Below, in pieces: positions 55,320 through 64,000 of a DNA stretch of 64,000 nucleotides. The translations under genes were made by a program, and so were the position numbers. The stretch covers positions 62,001 through 126,000 of the forward strand of contig NOWV01000187.1 in the NCBI GenBank assembly GCA_003344405.1, in the 5' to 3' direction. The DNA is from Trichoplax sp. H2 (lineage: Eukaryota). The notes under the pieces are model-generated. The model was not told the DNA's origin, ran no database searches, and worked only from the letters and a program-made list of their open reading frames with translations. Positions within the stretch are counted from its first letter, which is position 1; every line of letters starts with the position of its first letter.

Positions 55320-58300
55320 GGGACTGTACTGTACAGTGTACATCACACCGCTTTTACTCGTGCCATACTGTTCCTGTAAACTACTGCAACACTAATCGTG
55401 TTAACTCTTATTGCAATTCGACAAGGAGCACAAGGAAATGGACAAGACCACAATAATTCACCACCAAATAGCGCATAGGAACTGATTCTACTGTACATGA
55501 TGACTTGCATTGGTATCTTTAGCCGTTGTAAAGTGCTCAAGATATAAGTTATTAAGTTAAATGGACGATTGAATTTACAAATAAGTGTTATCCATTAACT
55601 TAGCGACTCACGTATCAGGTCTCAAGCATTAAATAGCCTCACCAATTTCCCTGGTGCAAAACTATCATAAATAAGTAAATTAATAGCCAAGTCTACAGAA
55701 GTATAGTAAGAATCACATTATACTTTTCGACGACATTGGATATTTGTTAATTTAATAACTGCGTGTTAACATATGATTCATCACATAATAAAAACTATAA
55801 TATTGATGGCACAATTATGAATTCATGAATGCCACTTGATATGCACGGTTGATACTAGTTTATACGGTGAATATTACAGGATAGAGACAGAGAAAGCATA
55901 TAGACAGCAATCAGAAAGAATATGGCTGTGAATTTCCTTTTAATGTCTTGCTTTGTGTAGAATATATATCCGTCCATTTGAACGGGGGCTTTACTAGTAT
56001 TATTAATTAGAGAAACTTTGATGTAGCTAGCTTGTCTTATGCTTTGCATCGTAGCCGCTTTTGACTTGGGACTTTGAAGAGAAATTCTCTTAGAAAAAGC
56101 ATCTATTTTGCCTTTTTACATCTTTATGCTGTAAATTAGGCACTACCAAACGCTCCTCTTACGTATCAATTTATCACACATTACAACTCCGGTATTCCAA
56201 TGTCAAGATTGATCCTTTATGTATATCTAAATAAACCTGTAGTATCTTGCCAGCTCTTGTACTCATCGAAATCCTTTCTTAAACTACTGACAGAAACCAC
56301 GTCTGTTTACAAAAGCCCTCTACTAGAACTGTCAAGATAATTGTTACATGTCAAGAGTACTTAGCTTGATCCCTAAGCAAGGATTGAGCTGCTGTGATAA
56401 TCGATTTCTGCCTGAATCAACCGTGCTTACGTCAATGAATGAGAGCTTTAGCTCTTCGGTTCGCTATCAAATATCTAGATGAATTGTAAATCATAATATT
56501 AGTCAACAATACGCACACAGTATACGACATTTTCTGACGGCGATTAATAGCTGGCAGTATGCAACATGTCTTCAAATCGCTATTATAACAATAGGAAAAT
56601 TTCCTTTTAAAATTGAACAGTCATTTTTACAATTATCCGCTAAAAGTAGGTCATCATTTTTTCATCATTATTAGAATTGCGATAAATTTTAAATTAATTC
56701 ATTGTCTATAGTTTAACTTCTAATTATTCGATTTATCTCCATTTTGCATAGTTCTTGGTTTTTAATCAAGTATTGCAGCAATAAATGATTCTTCAGTAAT
56801 AGAATGACTTACATGAAATAATGCTAAAGTATTTCCGCTACATAATTACAGGTATGGAATTGATCAGTGAAATATGGTTAATCCATAATCAATGAGAATA
56901 CCCATCCCCAATTCATGCCAATTTTGTCCCTTTAGAAAAGGCCAGAATTTTTAATCTGACGCTCGCAATTTCAAAACTGTAATCCCTAAATCGCATTCAT
57001 TTATCGTCGATTTAATATTTAGTAATAATTGCAAAGGCTGAGAATAGAGCTGAAACGTATCAACAAATAAGATTGATACGCAATCATCTTATATTCAATT
57101 AGAGAATGAAGAGCTGGTCTTAATTAATCTTCAACGTCTGTTATAGAGAAGCTATAAACTAATTAACTAATAAAGGAAAGATTCATTTTATGGCTTAAAA
57201 TTTTATAACATTAACGGTCTATTTGAGGCCCTCTATGTCATAAGCCTATCCTAAGTCATGATGGAGGGTAAGTGTAAGGATAGGTGAATTTTAATTTATG
57301 AATCAAGATTGAACTTTAGCTTTTTTTAGTCTACTTACAAAGATGAATAATTTTTGTCGTAAAGTGTGTACGGCATATTAACTATAAATTACATGTAATT
57401 ATTCGAATTGGATGTAAAATCAACTTTCAAATGTACACGTATTTGTTAGCAATGATTATAGCCACACACGGTAAATAGAAATACTGAATATAAGAACGAT
57501 TATCATATATTCATATGCGTACAGTTATGAACCATAATGCAAACAGCGGATGTATACGAGTATATACGTATTACCGTTGATAACACTAGAGCACATGTCG
57601 ATGAGCTACCATGACTTTAATAAATCTAAATTATGATTATGCTTGCATTCTTATTAATTAAATTAATGACTTCCATGTTTAGTATAATATGAACATAAGA
57701 ATAAACTATCGTGATAGCTATTTTATTTTCTTCAGGTTAAACAAGCGTCGTACCTTATAGTACTATTTATAAAACAGGCCAACTACCTTATCTTTTGATT
57801 TGTTAACCCTTTAAACTATGAAATTGGGTCTACTAGACCATTTCAATACGAATCGTAGAAGTAGCAACCACCACTGCAGATCTTTTTATTGCATTCACTT
57901 TTTCATCATTAGCATTAAACGTACTTTAAGTGACTACTAGCTAGTTTGATCAAGCTGCTAAGAAATTCAAAGGAAAGTTCCATCATGAAGGATATATGCT
58001 TAAAAACTATAAGTATATTTTAGCTGTGACATCATTAGTATGCAAATCCTATTACCTATCAGCGATCATGCCAAGGTGGCAAAAAAATAATTTCAGTATA
58101 GTATTATACATTATTTTAGTGTAATTACTACAGCGCAGAATGACAGGCCTTGAAAAATAACGAACGAATAAGGCGTCGTTAAATTAAAAATTTGCACCTG
58201 GCCAAATTGTCTGTCACTCATTAATATTTTATTCGATCAAAATGTACGTCTAGATTGACCTAATTTGTATATAAAATAAACACAAAAGTGTTTAATAATC

Positions 58301-58342
58301 GAAACCGTTTTAGAATAATTTAGTCTTAAAATCAATCCGAAA

Positions 58343-61300
58343 ATGGCGTCAAAAAGTTATCCGTATTTTACTGTAAGCGCAGTAGAATAACTTCATATAA
58401 TTATTTCTCGTTCATCATGTGATTCAGTTCTGTAAAAGTGGATTATTACAGACAGAAAATGATGGTAGATCAGTTATATGCAGGCTATATTTGAAATTTA
58501 CTGCTACTAACTACAAAAACGACGAATCCATTTCGGCAATCCGCTATTTCTAGGGCTTAATATCTTGGAAGTATTTCATATTAACTGACTTGTTATTTCT
58601 TTCATAGCTGTTCTTACTTCAATTTTGTGTGGTTTTTGGATTACCATCATCTAGTAAGTTAATCTTGAAAAATCTTTCCTAACTGAAAATTGAATTACCA
58701 GTTAGATCTAAAAAGTGCAAAGCAGTCATTAAATGTGCATTCTATTGTACACTAGCCTTAAAATTATTGTCTTACATTTTATCTACTTGAGATAAGATGT
58801 CATGATAGCTATCACTGCAGTATGGGGATATCAATGCCAATGCCTCTACAATTAAGATAACTAATACATAAATCCTTGCTCCTGTCATTTTAGTGGAGAA
58901 ATTTTGGATTCGAACAGACAATGAAGTGAATACCTGTTATCATGTTTCTAGCTTTCAATATAATTTTTTCACTGCTCAAATATATTGCCAATCAGTTGGC
59001 GGTAGTTTAGCTATATTAGACACTTACGATAAGCAAACATCATTCGCTAAAATGTATTACAATCACCTTGGCCTTGATGCAGACATATGGATCGGATTGC
59101 ACAATCTTTATAGTTCAGAACTTAATTATTATGAATTACGATGGATGAATGGCCAATTAATCGACTTCACTAACATTATACCTCATGAATCGAATAATAC
59201 GGCAGAGCTCTGTTGTACTATGAGATATCAATTCAATCATACATGGTACTATGATAATTGCATGAATTCTCGCAATTTTGCCTGTCAAAAAGGTACGGTA
59301 AGAAATGTAATTAACTAATTGAAGGAAAGGAATAGATTTGATCTCTCGTACCGGGTCCGGAGATATTTCAACATTATAGGTTACCGTGCGTTTCCTACTC
59401 ACTTAGAAATTCATACTATTACTTAGGCAATATATTTTCAAAACCTTGTTAAGGAGAATGAGAAAGAGCAAGATAACTATTCCTCTTAGATGCAATATTA
59501 GAAGGATTTTGCCATTTTTCTTCTACTTCTATCACAGTATCTATTAGTTCTGTATTGTGACATATCACATTTAGTTTGCAATTAAACTTTATTCTTCCCC
59601 ACGGTGTTAGTATTACCTACAGTATAATCCTACATTCATGTAATAAAAAAGCAGTCTGATGAGACGGTGTGACAGCGATTCTTATTACACTATGAATATC
59701 AGGAATTTCTTTTCTTTTTGCTTTCTTTTTATTTATATATCGCAGAAGAATGTCAGCACCTTTAATGTTCTGAGATAGATCGTAATCGATAATAAGTTTA
59801 ATAACGCTACAAAATTTTTTCTACGATAGCTGAGGAACCTATCCATTGATCTTAAATTAAATCGGCCACTGTTTAGAAATAAATCAAAGATAAGCGTATG
59901 TTATCCACATAGAAATTGTCTTAGATTATGCCTATTTCCATACTATATTTTTTAGAGCTAGAATTCTTTAGCAATGATAAGAGATTGAAGCTTATTCCTT
60001 ATGTCAACACTGCAGTATATTATGTAATGAATCACTTTTGCATATGTTACAAAACAACGTACTGTATATCCAATTTTTTTTTCAGTTTCGAGAATTAGCT
60101 ACCTTATAAGTACCAAGATGGAAATTTCTATTTATGCTTAATGATATTTAATGAGACCTTTCTAATCATGATCAAATTAATGAATAGTTTTGAATTCAAC
60201 TCTTCCGACTTAAGTAACGATATTCATGCTTGTTATTTATCAAATTAATCGTTGCCATTATGGCTATTGAGACTATTGAGAAGAGGGAATTGACCTTAAC
60301 ATTCATGTTGAATAAACTATCTGCAATAGCTTCATTTACATTAATTTTTCTGTTGATAATTATAAACTAATAATTAGCTTTTACTTCAATGTATTGCTAC
60401 AGATTGTACTGTCGATTTTCAATATGAAAATCGTGCCTTCACTCTTTATGGCACCAATTTGGGTTATGATGACAGTCGATCAGATTGCCAAAGCAAAGGT
60501 GGTGATTTAGCGATCGTTAACGAAGAGGCCATAAGTAAAGTCTTAAATGCTACCTTGCCGTTGAATTTGCATTTATGGATTGGTCTTCGAGATATACACA
60601 ACGTCAATAGTCCATTTCAATTCATCTGGGTTAACGATACAGTGGCAATATCTTACGTTAATTGGGGTTTGATTGGCCCTAACACTGATGATTGTGTCGT
60701 TGTTACACCTTTTAGTGGCACTTACAAATGGGCTAACTACCCATGCACCTCGTCTGTTTATCGTTTATGTGAAAAAGGTTCTAAATAAACTATTTTGTAG
60801 TGTTAGAATACTTGGAAGTGATCTTATACTGACATTAAATTAGCTAGAGCTCAGTTTCTTGCTCTCCTTATTCTGATTGCAGAAGCATCACCAATCACTT
60901 CACAACCAACTGCAGTAGCAACAATACCATCCACTACAGACGGAGTAATAACATTTGAATCGACACCATCAGAATCAACTACGGAAGGATCGACGATATT
61001 GGAATCCACAACATCAGAATCAACTACGGAAGGATCGACGACATTGGAATCAACAACATCAGAATCAACTACGGGAGGATCGACGACATTAAAATCAACA
61101 ACATCGGAACTAGGTACAGTGCAATCGACAACATCAGAATTTGGTACGGAACAATCGACTACATCGCTATCTGGCACATCAGAATCAATTACAACAGAAT
61201 CGGCTACATCTGAATCAACTTTAGCGGAATCAACTACATCAGCATCAACATCAGAATTAGGTACAACGGAATCGACTACAACTGGATCGGAAACATCAGA

Positions 61301-62572
61301 TTCAACTACTGTGGAATTGTCTACTTCGGAATCAACATCATCCGGATCCGAATCAACTACTGTGACGACTGAGGAATTAGAATTAGGATCTAATTCGTCA
61401 GATTTAGTAACACTGGTGCCAACAACATCCGATTATGGCCAAGTTTTAATTCGATATTATTCCTATATAAAAGAAGTCATTCAAGTAGGAGCCCTTACAG
61501 GTATAATCAGGATCATTGTTTTTATTTAAATCTATCCCAAAGTATAATTTTGGACCATCTCCCAGTGACCTACCGTGATGTTAGCCAATTGGGCATGTAG
61601 TTGTGAATGATACTTCGTAAGGTACTTGAAAAAAAGTAGTCGGTCTCTTTATGGTTACTGTCTTGTCAATAACTGATCAAGAATTTGTTATATTGCACAG
61701 CGTAATAACTCATGATAAACAAATATCTTTTCTAGCAGTCCTACAATTTGATTTTATCGTTGTATGGCCAAATAACCGATTAGAATTTCGACTTTGCTCG
61801 CTTGTAGAACAAATAGCTTTAGGATCTACCTTTACTTAATAGTATAGCCTTATTAATCATTCATGGAAAGTTACTACGGAGCATTTTAAAATATATTCAC
61901 ATGATTATGGGTAACAGGGAAAGTCCCATTCTTTCGTTTTATACTCGGTTAGAAAAGTCGTCCTAACTTCATATAAAGCAAAGTATCGTAGGATCTGCAT
62001 GTATTCCATGTAATGATGCAACCCTTCCAATTATTTATCGGAATTTACTCTACAGCATAGCATAGTACTAACTTAAGACGCACAAATCTTCGTACTCTAA
62101 GAATAATTAATGAATCACCTGGATAAGATGGCAAAATTTCGACATCTAACCGTTTAAAATGAGATATTCAACGTCTGTAGTTAACAGTTTGATAAACTGT
62201 TTATAAAATAGAGAGAGAGGAACAGATATAGCTTTAGGCATTTTATCTGTAAAGTATTTCATTCATTCTAAGACACCTTGTCAAGAAATATAGGGTAATA
62301 TGATCATTCTCGAAAACTAATGTTATGTTCTTTTTTCTTTATGTTCTACCTTACTCTCTAACTATATGATTCTAGCTCAAAGTTCTTATCGAATGGTCGG
62401 TATTCCAACTACTAACATACTACAACCAATCATGTCGTGGTCTGGCATATCGCGCCATCAATGCGCTTTCTACTGCACAAGAAATTTAATCTGTTCCCAT
62501 TTTGACTACAACTCTTCGATTATCTTTACTACAGATAATTCTCAATGCACCCTGTATAGTGTAAAGGCATAA
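58343..62572 (+). CDS. Secreted protein: signal peptide, 2 C-type lectin domains, Ser/Thr/Glu mucin-like stalk, PAN/Apple-like domain
   Basis: Exons 58343-58372, ~58608-58653 (LFLLQFCVVFG), 58894-59292 (CTLD1: AQIYCQSVGGSLA…WIGL…FACQK), 60402-60777 (CTLD2: CQSKGGDLA…WIGL…LCEK), 60883-61500 (STTSESTT repeats) and 62376-62572 (QCAFYC…CSHFDY…CTLY). Splice phases are compatible. Confidence 0.85.
60958..61370 (+). repeat. Coding minisatellite (45-bp / 15-aa STTSESTTEGSTTLE units)
   Basis: ACATCAGAATCAACTACGG recurs at 45-bp spacing and degenerates toward the 3' end. Confidence 0.85.
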
Positions 62573-64000
62573 GCCTGGCAGCTCAATGACTAATCGTTGA
62601 GTAACAATTATAGCCTTTTTTTAGATACGACAGCCATAATATTCAGCTAATAAATTATTAAGTGCTATCGAAATATTAACCCACGGTATTGTTATATTGA
62701 CAACATACATATAATTAGTTTGAAATTTTGCAAGTCATGCCATGAAGTAGCAATTCACTACCATGATCAAGATAGATGTATCTAATGCATCATTTTATGC
62801 CTTTAAATGCTTGAATATAATTGTTGTTAGATAGAAGAAACTTTACTTAACCAAATGAATATTTAACTTAGTTAACTTAATTAAGTTGCCATGGATTATG
62901 TTCTTGTTCAGAGTAGACGGTTATAACAGATTAAATGATCGTTTTAATTTACAAAATACTTGTATTTTATTTTTTTTCGCTCCTAAGGCGCTTAAATAGT
63001 CCTTAAGCTCCAAGATCATGATTGTAATTCCTTTTTAATGCTAACAATATCCTAATACCCGGTAAGGATGATAAATACTATGCCTTCTAAAGTCAGCTAT
63101 TATCATATTTTCGAGTATAATTTTTCGGAGAATGTCAGTACGGTTATATCAATCTTAAGCTCTAGCTTTATTATCTTCGAATGCAAGTATGAAAATTATT
63201 AAAGATTTCGCTATGTCCTTATCCTGATTATTAAATATATAGAGTTACAGATTCAATTCGATCCTATTTCTTTGCAGTTTTTCAAACTTCTTTTAATATT
63301 AAAAACTAGCTTTAATTAGCTATTATCGAATAAGTAATTATATATGTTTTTATACTGTTGAAGGAAGACTTATTTACATTGAAGAGACCAAAATTTACTG
63401 AATACAATCTCTGTTGTGACTTTCATCATTTATTATTTATATTACTCATAACGGATTATTCGGTAAAAAATGTTAAAGTCATCTTATAACAAATAAGATC
63501 GGTCACTTGACGTTCTTCTCTAAAGTAATACTTACTATAATAAATAGATAATTTCAGTATTATTAACATGCATAAAACTATTAGTTTTTAATGTATTCTG
63601 TAACGCTAACAATTCTACATAGAATCGTCTAACTAAAGGGTTCGTGAAACGCTTGCATCATTAAAATATCTGTAGAACTATTTTAGGAGTACTTTATTGC
63701 ATTTTTTGGAGACACCCTGTCTACCCAGATAGAATTTAAAATGCTAATTTAGTAAAATAAAAAATTAGATTTTACGTATTCCAAAGTATTTCTAATATTT
63801 GAAATTAAAAATATCTATTCAGTCTCATTTTCATTTTCGTTGATATTCTATCATAAATTATAATTATAATCTGAACCCAACAAATATACTGTTGATAATA
63901 TCCTGCATATCCTGCTTTCTTTCTCGTATTCAATGCTGTTTTTATCGGACTTTGATAATTACAAGATATTAGAGATTCCTGCTTTGATCTAATGGAAAAA

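Noticed and set aside
59655-59710. CTGATGAG as a hammerhead ribozyme core
   Set aside because: No stem II followed by GAAA and no compatible flanking helices.
60851-61177. Minus-strand VVDS-repeat ORF
   Set aside because: Antisense shadow of the Ser/Thr mucin exon.

Overview
AT-rich, gene-dense animal genomic DNA with many short GT-AG introns. The style suggests an early-branching metazoan such as a placozoan (Trichoplax-like), which is an inference. Genes rebuilt by hand from exons: a formin N-terminal region (INF2-like DID/FH3, minus strand, running off the left edge), an unknown decayed ORF cluster, intronless TXNDC9/PhLP3, a probable F-box/LRR pseudogene, CRAMP1, SLC25A43, TMEM201/Samp1, UFSP2, UBE2A/Rad6, a highly divergent importin-alpha-like ARM protein, selenoprotein MSRB1 (in-frame UGA plus a SECIS candidate), and a secreted 2xC-type lectin-mucin-PAN protein. 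The most striking unexplained structure is a set of palindromic (CAGTA)n/(TACTG)n islands at or near the 5' ends of the housekeeping genes but not the lectin gene. Several are flanked by 130-205 bp tandem arrays that carry the same motif in each unit. Other notable elements are a 106-nt intronic hairpin, a perfect 29-bp promoter palindrome, and a probable allelic duplication across a 20-N gap. All homology calls are from recall of the families; no database search was run.
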